A DNA stretch of 31,572 nt, taken from IMG/VR virus record IMGVR_UViG_3300038805_000124; one strand, written 5' to 3'. Of this stretch, positions 1 through 8,454 are shown in pieces. The stretch's first letter is position 1. Each line of letters opens with the position of its first letter. Position numbers and translations under genes: made by a program. The stretch is from a virus. A model generated the notes under the pieces. It had not been told where the DNA came from, searched no databases, and was given only the letters and a program-made list of their open reading frames with translations.

Positions 1-127
1 GATACATCGCTCACTGCGGCGGACTTTGCGAAGTTCAGGAATTATATCTACGACAGCTCGCAAATTTTCATCCGCGCCGGCTATGCTTACCAGGATGCCA
101 ACTTCATGTGCAGCGAAGACGGAGATG
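1..127. repeat. Terminal direct repeat, copy 1 (identical to 31446..31572); most likely a circular-assembly overlap
   Basis: By eye, bases 1-127 (gatacatcgctcactgcgg...gaagacggagatg) recur exactly at 31446-31572. The repeat lies inside one continuous open reading frame. Confidence 0.9.
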
Positions 128-1071
128 TGCTCTACAAGAACACAGCGGTAGATTCGCACGGAATCAATATCTACAAGGCTGACGGAACTTATGTCCGCCT
201 GGTAGCGGAGAGCTGCTACGGAGTAACGAAGTTCGATGTGGCGGCGGTAGTGAAGAGCTGGTTCAACAAGGAGCTTGCTGAATTTGGAGAAGATAACATC
301 ACAATGGACAAGGCTCTGTCGATTCGCTATAAGATGACAGTCGCAGGAGTGACATACACTTTTCTTGCGGTCAACGCAGTAGCTCAGATAGGCGAAGACG
401 CAGATATGGCAGGCTATGACGGCAAGGTCCTAACTAAGTTCTCGCGCATCGATTACTACGAAGGCTATCCGCTCGACTATGCCATTCTTGTTTCCAGCAC
501 TGGCGAAGCGCAGTACGAGCTCGGAGAACTCAAGCAGCTTGCAGTGTCGCGCGTGAGAATTGACAATGCGGCGGTGGAGCTATGGACTGAAAGCGCAAAC
601 GAGAATATCCAGGACGAGGAAGGTAACAGCATTTATATTCTGCCGAAGCTCGACATTCCGGTCTTCGTGCACTGCAATCCGAGCAAGCCGTTTTATGTGC
701 GCTGGATAAATCAGCTCGGCGGAGTTGACTACTTCATGTTCGCGCGCCAGCAAAAGCATGCTCCCTCTGTCAAGTCAGTAGCGACATACGAACAGTTCAT
801 CGAAGACCCACAAATAGCCAAATCGAATATAAAAACCTATTCGCTTACTACGGAGAATAATATAACCGTCGGGGCGGAACTGCTCAGCGAGACGGACTTT
901 CAGGCGCTGCGCTGGATAGCCTTTGCTCGCGAAATCGAATACTACGATGAGAAGCTCGCCAAGTGGATAGAACTGTCGGTCTCCAAGTTTGACGGAAGCT
1001 ATAATACCGGCAATGAGACGCATTCCGTGGAAGTGACATTTGCGCTGCCTAATATCAATGTTCAGTTCTGA
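1..1071 (+). CDS. C-terminal part of the same ~483-aa virion (tail/baseplate-associated) protein; function not recognised
   Basis: Frame 1 is open from base 1 (DTSLTAADFAKFRNYIYDSS...) to the stop at 1069-1071. It lies immediately upstream of the 830-aa tail gene with a 6-nt gap. Confidence 0.7.
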   Translation, partial: DTSLTAADFAKFRNYIYDSSQIFIRAGYAYQDANFMCSEDGDVLYKNTAVDSHGINIYKADGTYVRLVAESCYGVTKFDVAAVVKSWFNKELAEFGEDNITMDKALSIRYKMTVAGVTYTFLAVNAVAQIGEDADMAGYDGKVLTKFSRIDYYEGYPLDYAILVSSTGEAQYELGELKQLAVSRVRIDNAAVELWTESANENIQDEEGNSIYILPKLDIPVFVHCNPSKPFYVRWINQLGGVDYFMFARQQKHAPSVKSVATYEQFIEDPQIAKSNIKTYSLTTENNITVGAELLSETDFQALRWIAFAREIEYYDEKLAKWIELSVSKFDGSYNTGNETHSVEVTFALPNINVQF

Positions 1072-1077
1072 TGAGCT

Positions 1078-3570
1078 ATGAAGGAGCAATTTTATATTAA
1101 CGGCGTTCTTATGGACCAGGCGAGCGGCAAATCCGCTTCGCTGGTGTATCAATCTCCATTCTTCACGGATATAGATGCGATCGTGAGCAACCGCACCAAT
1201 TCTGTGGACTTTCCGGCAACGGAGAACAATCTTGCTGCTATCCAGCAAGCGCAGCTCTCCGCCGGCACAAGCAAATTCGCATACCGCAAGCACAGCGCAC
1301 TTTACTTCCGCGACGGAGTTCAGATCTTCTCCGGCTTCGGAACACTTCTTAGCATAACGCCGGCTCACGTAAAATTCTCTTTCACTTGGGGTAATGTCAA
1401 CGCCTTCAAGAAGCTGCTTGACATCAGGCTGAGAGATTTGCAGACTGATGCGGATTATATTGCTTGGAACGATAGCGCCATTCTGCAAAGTGATTATTAC
1501 CCTACGAATGTGGTCTACCGCAAGTCCGGCTATCACGGCACGCAGTACAAGAGCGTAGGGCATACGCACCCGATGCTAAAAGTGTCTGATATCCTGACAA
1601 GGCTCCAATCGCAAAGCGGAGTGACATTTTCCGGCACCAATGTCTTCAGCAATCTCGCTATACCTTTGCTGCACCGCAATGCAGACGATAAGGCGAAAGC
1701 CGCTCAAGGAATAAACCTTATAGCCGGAAAGATTTCAAACACTCAAATCCACTATCAACATAAGTGGATGTTCGGGTGCGATACCGGTTCCGGCGACCGA
1801 GATATGCGCAATCAATTCATAGCTGGCGGCAACTGCTTCGATGTGACGGACTATAATAAAATACGCATTGTTCTGAAGGCAGACTCGAGGTTCAAGACAT
1901 ACCGTACAGCTCCGGCAAGCATTCCGGTAATAGTGCGCGGAATCAATCTGTATGCTACAGATGCTAACGGCAATATAGATGAGCTCATCCAGCAGTTGAG
2001 CATGCCGTGGAATGACTTGACTCCTGACGGCACTCGGGTACAATATTCGGTTGAGGAAGATAGAGTTTTCGACATCGATTTGAATTGGCAAAGCGGCGGC
2101 AGTTCCGGCAAATATAACTACATCCAGCTTGTGCCGATGATTCTTGGCACAGCATACGATTGCTCCGTCTATGATGTGGATATGGATATAGATATCGTTT
2201 GCGACTATGACAAAGAGCAGCAGGTAGTATTCGGCGGTATCTATCCGCTCTATGCGAATTTGCCGGACTGGACAGCATCGCAACTGCTTAAAAATCTGAT
2301 GAAGATTTGCGGCGTGTTTGCAGTATGCCCTGATGCCAATACTATCCGCTTCCTGAGCATCGACTCGCTTTATGCGAATCGCAGCAGCGCCCTCGATTGG
2401 ACCGATAAACTGATGCTCACAGAAGCGGTAAAGCCGAGCGAAATCACTCCGACATTCGGCTCCTACGCACAAAGGAATATCTGCAAGTGGGCGGTAGACA
2501 AGACAAATCTTCAGACATTCGACGGAGCTTTAACTGTGGACAATGAAACTCTGGTCGCAGAGAAAGATTTGTTCTCGCTCGACTTCGCCGGCACTGACTA
2601 TCAAGTCTCTGGAGACAATGAGTTGCTCCGGATAGACTGCTATTCCGTCAATCCGAATGGAGACGAGGAAGCCGAAGTATTTACGGAAGTCACTCCGCGG
2701 ATCTTTGAGGTCGCCGGCCGCCTGGCATACTTCTCCGGTCTTGACTTTACAAATATCGCAACCGGCGCATACCGCACATATCAGCAAACAATCGCGCAGC
2801 CGCGAGTGCTCAAAGTGAGCGTACTTACGGACGTACTCGACCTGAAAGACCTGGATATGTCAGTTCCGGTCTTCTCTTTCGCTCTTGGGCATTACTACGC
2901 GATTAACAAGCTCACAACGAAAGACGCTTACACAGCGGAAGCGGAACTCCTTCAGCTTGGCAGTCTTGACGCATCGGGCCAAGATTATGATGCATTCAAT
3001 AATTTGCAGGTGCTGCGCAACGAAGACGGAAATTACTACGCATCCATCTCGTCCCTTAGCGGCGCAGCCCTTAACAATCTAATTGCAGACAACAATTACC
3101 GCGTAGTTCTGCTCCGTCATGGCTATGCTCGGCGCGGCAAGAGCTTCCAGTACATAGATTCTCGCGGCGTACTGATATGGAGCCATACGCACCGAACCAA
3201 TCAGTACAGATACGACCGGAAAGGGCTTCAATGGCGCATTATCGGCTATGACATTCTTTACCAGGGAAAGCAGGGCGTTCACTCGCAGCAGGTGCGCACC
3301 GGTTATTATGACGGCAGCACCCTCGTCTGCCGCCTTAAAGAGACAATCGCTTTACCGCCGATGCGCACCCAGCAGAAACATTTCGTTACGCGAGACGGAC
3401 ACATACGCAACCGCGCTTGCGACGGACTTAACGAGCTCTTTATTGCTTTATATCGTAAAGAGAAAAACAAATGGGTGCGAGTGAGCAATATAGTTCAGGT
3501 GCGAGGCAGGAATACCGCCAAGACTAAGATTTGGGAGTTTGAAGAGAGCAATATAGTCTTTGAAGCATAG
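1078..3570 (+). CDS. Large tail / host-interaction structural protein (830 aa)
   Basis: Long uninterrupted ORF tightly packed after the previous structural gene. Its size and position next to the tape-measure-like gene fit a tail tip or baseplate protein. No catalytic motif recognised. Confidence 0.55.
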   Translation: MKEQFYINGVLMDQASGKSASLVYQSPFFTDIDAIVSNRTNSVDFPATENNLAAIQQAQLSAGTSKFAYRKHSALYFRDGVQIFSGFGTLLSITPAHVKFSFTWGNVNAFKKLLDIRLRDLQTDADYIAWNDSAILQSDYYPTNVVYRKSGYHGTQYKSVGHTHPMLKVSDILTRLQSQSGVTFSGTNVFSNLAIPLLHRNADDKAKAAQGINLIAGKISNTQIHYQHKWMFGCDTGSGDRDMRNQFIAGGNCFDVTDYNKIRIVLKADSRFKTYRTAPASIPVIVRGINLYATDANGNIDELIQQLSMPWNDLTPDGTRVQYSVEEDRVFDIDLNWQSGGSSGKYNYIQLVPMILGTAYDCSVYDVDMDIDIVCDYDKEQQVVFGGIYPLYANLPDWTASQLLKNLMKICGVFAVCPDANTIRFLSIDSLYANRSSALDWTDKLMLTEAVKPSEITPTFGSYAQRNICKWAVDKTNLQTFDGALTVDNETLVAEKDLFSLDFAGTDYQVSGDNELLRIDCYSVNPNGDEEAEVFTEVTPRIFEVAGRLAYFSGLDFTNIATGAYRTYQQTIAQPRVLKVSVLTDVLDLKDLDMSVPVFSFALGHYYAINKLTTKDAYTAEAELLQLGSLDASGQDYDAFNNLQVLRNEDGNYYASISSLSGAALNNLIADNNYRVVLLRHGYARRGKSFQYIDSRGVLIWSHTHRTNQYRYDRKGLQWRIIGYDILYQGKQGVHSQQVRTGYYDGSTLVCRLKETIALPPMRTQQKHFVTRDGHIRNRACDGLNELFIALYRKEKNKWVRVSNIVQVRGRNTAKTKIWEFEESNIVFEA

Positions 3571-3576
3571 AAAAAA

Positions 3577-3647
3577 GCTACACTTAAACTTTTAAAAGAA
3601 TAGGTGTAGCCGCCACCGACGAGGTCGGTGCACGCTCCTCACGGAGC
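3577..3647 (+). terminator. Three consecutive stem-loops in the 122-nt intergenic gap (possible terminator, processing site or small structured RNA)
   Basis: GCTACAC 3577-3583 pairs with GTGTAGC 3604-3610. CACCGAC 3614-3620 pairs with GTCGGTG 3624-3630 (loop GAG). GCTCC 3634-3638 pairs with GGAGC 3643-3647 (loop TCAC). No U-tract follows. Confidence 0.35.
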
Positions 3648-3692
3648 CCTTATGACACAAAGGTACAGAAAAATTTTAATAACGCAAACAAT

Positions 3693-6600
3693 ATGGCAAA
3701 CGAAACGAAACAAACTCTGCTCGAAGTAAAGCTGAATCTCTCAGAAGCAATTCAGGAAATGGCGCAGTATCAACAAGCGATTGACGATATCAGCGTGGAG
3801 ATGCAGAAGCTGACTGCTCAGTACAAGAACGGAGAGAAGACGCGCGAGGAGTATAATCAAGAGATGATACGCCTTAAGGAGACACAAAAAGCCTATAAGA
3901 AGGAGATGCGCGAACTGTCTCGCGTTACTCAGAATCAGATTATCTCGCAGCAGAAATATGCCGGCACACTGAAGGGCATGTGCGCGGAGCTCTCCGTAGC
4001 CAAAGACAAGCTCCGAGCGATGAAAACCACCGATCCGGGCTGGGAGCAGCAGCGTGAATATGTCGAGAAGCTCAACGAAAAGATTAAGGAAGTCGAGCAG
4101 AGCTATGGAGTGTACCAGCGCGATGTCGGACACTACCGCACCGGCATGCAGAAAACCAAGGAGGCAATCGCAGAGACGGTAGCCGAAATGCAGAAGCTCA
4201 TCTCGGAGCATAAGGCTGACTCCGAAGAGATGCAGAAGTGCTCCGAACAGCTGGAGAATTACAACAACCAGCTTGCATCGCAAGGAAGGAACAGCATTGA
4301 AGCAGCGACCAACGGAGTCTCCGGACTTGTAGGCGCGCTCGGCTTTCTGACTATCGCATTCGGCGAGGACACCGCAGAGGCGGCAAAGATGCAGGAGCTT
4401 GTGAAGAAGCTCTCCATAGGCATTGCAGTTTTATCCGTGGCAATGCGGCTGTACCAGGCAGTTGAGAAAAAAGGGATCATCCAGAAAATAGCGATGAACT
4501 TCCAGGTCCGCCAAGCTACGAAAGGTTTTATCCAGGAGGCAGCGGCGGAGACCGGAAGCACAGCCGCCAAAGTTGCCGGAACAAAGGCCACAAACGCGCT
4601 TAACAAGGCGATGAGCGCTAATCCGGTGGTATTTATCGTCGCAGCGGTTCTTGCGCTTGTAAGCGGACTTGTGGCGCTTGTGGCATGGCTTGTAAAATCT
4701 ACGAACGCGCAGAAAGCCGCCAATGAAGCGCAGAAGGCATACGAAGAGCATCTGCGCAAGTCGGAGAACGCTCTTGCCGCTCTTGAAGCAAGGGAAGCAG
4801 CTCGCGCTATCAATATCTCCAAGCGCTACCAGGACGAAATAGCGCAAATGATGAAAAGCGGTGCATCCGCTGAAGCGATAAACAAGCGCAAGCAGGAAAT
4901 GGAAGCATCGCTCCTTAAGAACGAAATTGCATCAGCCAGGGAGCGGCGCAAGCTCGAGGAGGAAAATCACAAGTTCGCGCTCAGGAACTTCGAGGCACAG
5001 AAAGCACTTCTTTCGGAGCTCATCCGCAAGAAAGGCGCAGACGCGAGGAAGACCAAGGAGCAGCAGACCGCAGTAAATGAAGCGTACAAGACCTATCTCG
5101 GACACCTCAACGCGATGAATGAAGCAGTCGCTGCGATTAACAATGCGGAGTTCAAAATCATTGAAACAAGCTACAATGCTCGCACGGCTGCATCAGATAA
5201 AGCCTATAATAGGGCAATAGGGAATCTTGACAAATTGAGCAAGCTCCGGCAGGAGTATTATAAGCGCCAATCTCTTCTCGATTATGACTACACCAAAACC
5301 GCCGAACAGAATGAGCAGCAGCGCTGGAAAGCATCCATGCTCTACGAGCAGCGCATCTTCATGGAGAATCAGAATACGGCGAAGAAGAAGCTGGAGGAAG
5401 ATAGGAAGTATGGAAAAATCACGATAGAAGAATATGAAAATCAGCTCAAGATTCTTGCATCAGAATACAAGACTTTTCAGGAGCAGCAAGCGTATGACAT
5501 CGCGGAACACCAGCGCGGAATTATCGAAGAGGCGGTCAGGCTCGCCGGTGGAGCATCTCTTGATGCGCAGCTCTCTGAAATGCGCAGCAAGTATGCCGAT
5601 GCACGCGAGGCAATAAGGTCCGATATGGAGATGTCAGAGGAAGAGAAGAACTTCTATCTCCGCCAGATGACAGAGCGCCAGGCTGAAGAAGAGCGCGCTA
5701 TCAGGCTGGCAAACGAGAAGCAGATTGCCGATAATATCAGCAAGATTGCCGATGAGCGCTATAAGGGAGATCTCCGGCAGTTCTCGGTTGAGGAGACGGA
5801 GCGCTTGCGAATGGAAATCGAAAAAAACAAGCAGATAATCGCTGAAAAAAAGAAAGCCGGTCTGGCCACTTATCAGGAAGAAGCGGCTCTTGCCGGCAAG
5901 GAAGCGGATCTCCGCGAAGCGCAACTCGATAGAGATTATCAACTTGCCTGGGAGAGCAAGGAAGATCAGTACCGGCTCCAAAAAGAATATCTCGAAAAGG
6001 AGATTGAACTGTACGAGGAAGGCTCTTCCGCACGCGCTGCACTCGAAGAGTCTCTTGCAGAGCTCGTCGCAAACTACAATTTGCAAAAGATTGAAGCGGT
6101 CCAAATGTACGCTGACAGCGCCTTTGAGATAGCCGGCAATCTTGGCGCAATGATGACGAGCTTGGAAAGCAAGCAGCTCTTGAGCTACGAAAAAGACAAT
6201 GACGCCAAGAAGGCAGCACTCGACAAAAGACTGAAAGCCGGTCTTATATCGCAGCGCCAGTATGACAAGCAAGTGGCAGACCTGGAAGCCGACCTCGACA
6301 AGAAGAAAGCGGAAATCGAGCGCAAGCAAGCAATCCGCTCCAAAGCGCTCTCAGCGATGCAGATTGCCGTCAACACTGCAGCTGCTATCATGCGTATATG
6401 GGCCGAAGTTCCAAAAATGGACTTCGGTGCATCCACCGGAGTTCTTACGGCTCTTGCGGCCGCCACCGGAGCAGCTCAGCTTGCGGCAGTTCTGTCGGAG
6501 CCGGTTCCGACCGCTCGCATCGGTGGACTTGTGAAGGGAGGCACTCACGAGCAGGGAGGTGTGCTTGTGAATACCGAGGGAGGGGAGCGTATAATAGCCA

Positions 6601-6878
6601 AGGATGCATCGGCCGCATTTCCGGAGTTGCTCAATCTTATCTCTTACATCGGTAAGAATGCATCTATACCGAATACCGGCTATGCCGCTGCCGCTATCGG
6701 AAGCCGGAGCCAGGAGCGCGACACCAAAGGCGCTCCGCTCGACTACGATATCCTGGCGCGGAAGATAGGCGAGCGAGTGAGCGAAGCGCTTAGCGCCAAT
6801 CCGCCGCATATTGCCATAGACCAGTACGAAAGAGCGCGCCGCGAATATGTGCGCGTCGAAGACAGCGCGAAATTATAA
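3693..6878 (+). CDS. Tape-measure-like protein (1061 aa; could instead be an internal or ejection protein)
   Basis: Longest ORF in the genome. Long E/K/Q/A-rich coiled-coil-type sequence. Central hydrophobic segments (VSGLVGALGFLTIAFG, IGIAVLSVAMRL, NPVVFIVAAVLALVSGLVALVAWLV) are typical of tape measure proteins. Confidence 0.55.
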   Translation: MANETKQTLLEVKLNLSEAIQEMAQYQQAIDDISVEMQKLTAQYKNGEKTREEYNQEMIRLKETQKAYKKEMRELSRVTQNQIISQQKYAGTLKGMCAELSVAKDKLRAMKTTDPGWEQQREYVEKLNEKIKEVEQSYGVYQRDVGHYRTGMQKTKEAIAETVAEMQKLISEHKADSEEMQKCSEQLENYNNQLASQGRNSIEAATNGVSGLVGALGFLTIAFGEDTAEAAKMQELVKKLSIGIAVLSVAMRLYQAVEKKGIIQKIAMNFQVRQATKGFIQEAAAETGSTAAKVAGTKATNALNKAMSANPVVFIVAAVLALVSGLVALVAWLVKSTNAQKAANEAQKAYEEHLRKSENALAALEAREAARAINISKRYQDEIAQMMKSGASAEAINKRKQEMEASLLKNEIASARERRKLEEENHKFALRNFEAQKALLSELIRKKGADARKTKEQQTAVNEAYKTYLGHLNAMNEAVAAINNAEFKIIETSYNARTAASDKAYNRAIGNLDKLSKLRQEYYKRQSLLDYDYTKTAEQNEQQRWKASMLYEQRIFMENQNTAKKKLEEDRKYGKITIEEYENQLKILASEYKTFQEQQAYDIAEHQRGIIEEAVRLAGGASLDAQLSEMRSKYADAREAIRSDMEMSEEEKNFYLRQMTERQAEEERAIRLANEKQIADNISKIADERYKGDLRQFSVEETERLRMEIEKNKQIIAEKKKAGLATYQEEAALAGKEADLREAQLDRDYQLAWESKEDQYRLQKEYLEKEIELYEEGSSARAALEESLAELVANYNLQKIEAVQMYADSAFEIAGNLGAMMTSLESKQLLSYEKDNDAKKAALDKRLKAGLISQRQYDKQVADLEADLDKKKAEIERKQAIRSKALSAMQIAVNTAAAIMRIWAEVPKMDFGASTGVLTALAAATGAAQLAAVLSEPVPTARIGGLVKGGTHEQGGVLVNTEGGERIIAKDASAAFPELLNLISYIGKNASIPNTGYAAAAIGSRSQERDTKGAPLDYDILARKIGERVSEALSANPPHIAIDQYERARREYVRVEDSAKL

Positions 6879-6890
6879 TGCTACGCAGCT

Positions 6891-7142
6891 ATGACTGTCT
6901 ATGAACTGGCAACAAGCATTCCACCGGAGCAGCGCAGAATGATGACGGATGCTGGCATTCTGAACGCTTCGACGGAGCGCTATATTGCAATTTTCGAAAA
7001 GTTCGCGGAATTCAGGGCGTCAGGTTTATCCAAAATGGAATCTTATGCGGAAGTGTCGCACAGCTGCTTTACATGCGAGGAGAATGTCCGAAAAATAATA
7101 AAGCGAATGGAGAAAAAAGTGCAGCCGGATTGTATGGGATAA
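6891..7142 (+). CDS. Small hypothetical protein (83 aa) with a C-terminal HTH-like segment
   Basis: Compact ORF between the tape-measure-like gene and the head operon. The segment SYAEVSHSCFTCEENVRKIIKRMEKK resembles the recognition-helix end of small phage transcription activators. Similarity judged by eye only. Confidence 0.4.
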   Translation: MTVYELATSIPPEQRRMMTDAGILNASTERYIAIFEKFAEFRASGLSKMESYAEVSHSCFTCEENVRKIIKRMEKKVQPDCMG

Positions 7143-7174
7143 ACATTTACCAACATTATACGGTTTTATATCAT

Positions 7175-7182
7175 TATTTTTG
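7175..7182 (+). promoter_or_regulatory. Candidate Bacteroidota-type -7 promoter box (TATTTTTG = TAnnTTTG)
   Basis: Exact match to TAnnTTTG in the intergenic region, 40 nt upstream of the protease/scaffold ATG. Confidence 0.3.
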
Positions 7183-7190
7183 TCAAGGAA

Positions 7191-7207
7191 TGCGTATAGC
7201 ATACGCA
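7191..7207 (+). promoter_or_regulatory. 17-bp palindrome/hairpin TGCGTAT-AGC-ATACGCA; second copy at 27276..27292
   Basis: Perfect 7-bp inverted arms with a 3-nt spacer, flanked by AA on the 5' side and AAAT on the 3' side, as in the second copy. Located 15 nt upstream of the head-operon ATG. Confidence 0.5.
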
Positions 7208-7221
7208 AAATATAATTTCAG

Positions 7222-8433
7222 ATGATTACCATAAAACTTCACGATGTAATAGCCAACGAGGACAATCGCTGGTGGTACAGCTGGGACGACGAAAGCGGAG
7301 TGTTCTCGCTCGAGTTCGTCCAGAAGCTCTTTGAGGGCAATCCGGACGAGACAGACTTTAAGTTCGATATTCATTGCCCTGGCGGCGAGGTGGAGGAAGG
7401 TCTTGCGATCTATGACTATCTGCGCACTTCCGGAAAGACTATTCATATGAATATTGAGGGAGCGTGTCACTCCATGGCAGTATGCCTTCTGCTCGCGGCT
7501 CCAAGAGAATATCGGTCCGCTAATCCAAACGCGCTTGCGCTCATTCATAAAGTCTGGGGTTATGCATATGGCGGTACCGCCGATGAGCTCGAGGCGGCTG
7601 CCGAAGAGACACGGATGCTCCAATACAAGATTCTAAACATCTATGCAGATCGCACCGATAAAACTTACGAGGAACTTCAGGAAATCATGAACGAGGAGAA
7701 GCAGCGCACAGCTCAGGAACTCCTCTCCTGGGGATTCATTTCGAAGATAAATTCATACAATACAAACTTAAAACAATCTAAAACAATCGCTATGAACATC
7801 AAGCAAATTAAAAAATCTGCCAATGCTCTGCTCAACAAGATCGGCGCTCTGCTCGGCGGCTCATACAACTATGAGTTCGTGGATGCGGAAGGCGAGGTAT
7901 TGTTCACTACAGAAGGCGATTCCGCCGAACTTACGGTCGGAATGGCTGCATCTCCCGACGGAACATTTGTCATTGCTGACGGCAGAACCGTGACTATCGC
8001 CGAGGGCGTTATCACCCAAATCCAGGAAGCCAGTGCTGAAAATCACGAGTTCACATCCGAAGACGGCACCGTGCTTTTTACCACCGAAAGCGAAAGCGAT
8101 GAGCTTACGGTCGGAATGGCTGCATCTCCCGACGGAGAGTTCACTCTTCCTGACGGCCGCGTAGTTGTTATCGCAGAAGGCGTTATTACCGAAATCCGCG
8201 AAGCGTCTGCAGATCCGGAAGAGGTAGAAAATCTCCGGAGTGAAAATGTGCAGCTCCGCGAAGCTCTCTCAGAGGCTCAGAATCTCATCCGCGAGATGAA
8301 GAAGAACATCAAGAGCAACTATGTGCCTGGCAACAGAGTGTCCAGCGCCCAGTCGAACAGGGGCAACAAGCAGCTCTCTCGCGAAGAGAGGAAGAGCGCC
8401 GTAAAGGAGGCCCTTAAAGCAACGAAGAAGTAA
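7222..8433 (+). CDS. ClpP-family (S14) prohead protease fused to a scaffold-like C-terminal domain
   Basis: ClpP-like motifs: GACHSMAVCLLLAAP (Ser-Met active-site context), ALIHKVWGYAYGGTADE (His region) and FDIHCPGGEVEEGLAIYDYL. The C-terminal half is acidic and coiled, with a 58-aa tandem duplication. It lies directly upstream of the capsid gene. Confidence 0.8.
   Translation: MITIKLHDVIANEDNRWWYSWDDESGVFSLEFVQKLFEGNPDETDFKFDIHCPGGEVEEGLAIYDYLRTSGKTIHMNIEGACHSMAVCLLLAAPREYRSANPNALALIHKVWGYAYGGTADELEAAAEETRMLQYKILNIYADRTDKTYEELQEIMNEEKQRTAQELLSWGFISKINSYNTNLKQSKTIAMNIKQIKKSANALLNKIGALLGGSYNYEFVDAEGEVLFTTEGDSAELTVGMAASPDGTFVIADGRTVTIAEGVITQIQEASAENHEFTSEDGTVLFTTESESDELTVGMAASPDGEFTLPDGRVVVIAEGVITEIREASADPEEVENLRSENVQLREALSEAQNLIREMKKNIKSNYVPGNRVSSAQSNRGNKQLSREERKSAVKEALKATKK
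7873..8220 (+). repeat. Tandem 174-nt (58-aa) duplication inside the protease/scaffold gene
   Basis: The units 7873-8046 and 8047-8220 encode EFVDAEGEVLFTTEGDSAELTVGMAASPDGTFVIADGRTVTIAEGVITQIQEAS and EFTSEDGTVLFTTESESDELTVGMAASPDGEFTLPDGRVVVIAEGVITEIREAS. A 33-nt core is identical at 7930-7962 and 8104-8136. Confidence 0.85.
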
Positions 8434-8454
8434 CAACAAAAAATATCTACTATT

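Noticed and set aside
1-127. The 127-bp terminal repeat as prophage att sites or a biological direct terminal repeat
   Set aside because: There is no flanking host sequence and no integrase. The repeat is embedded in a continuous coding frame. Its exact coincidence with the window ends fits an assembler overlap of a circular contig.
3577-3647. The stem-loop cluster as a tRNA gene
   Set aside because: No cloverleaf can be drawn, because the acceptor-stem complement is missing after the third hairpin. There is no GTTCRANNC T-loop or conserved D-loop. No other tRNA-like sequence was noticed in the window.
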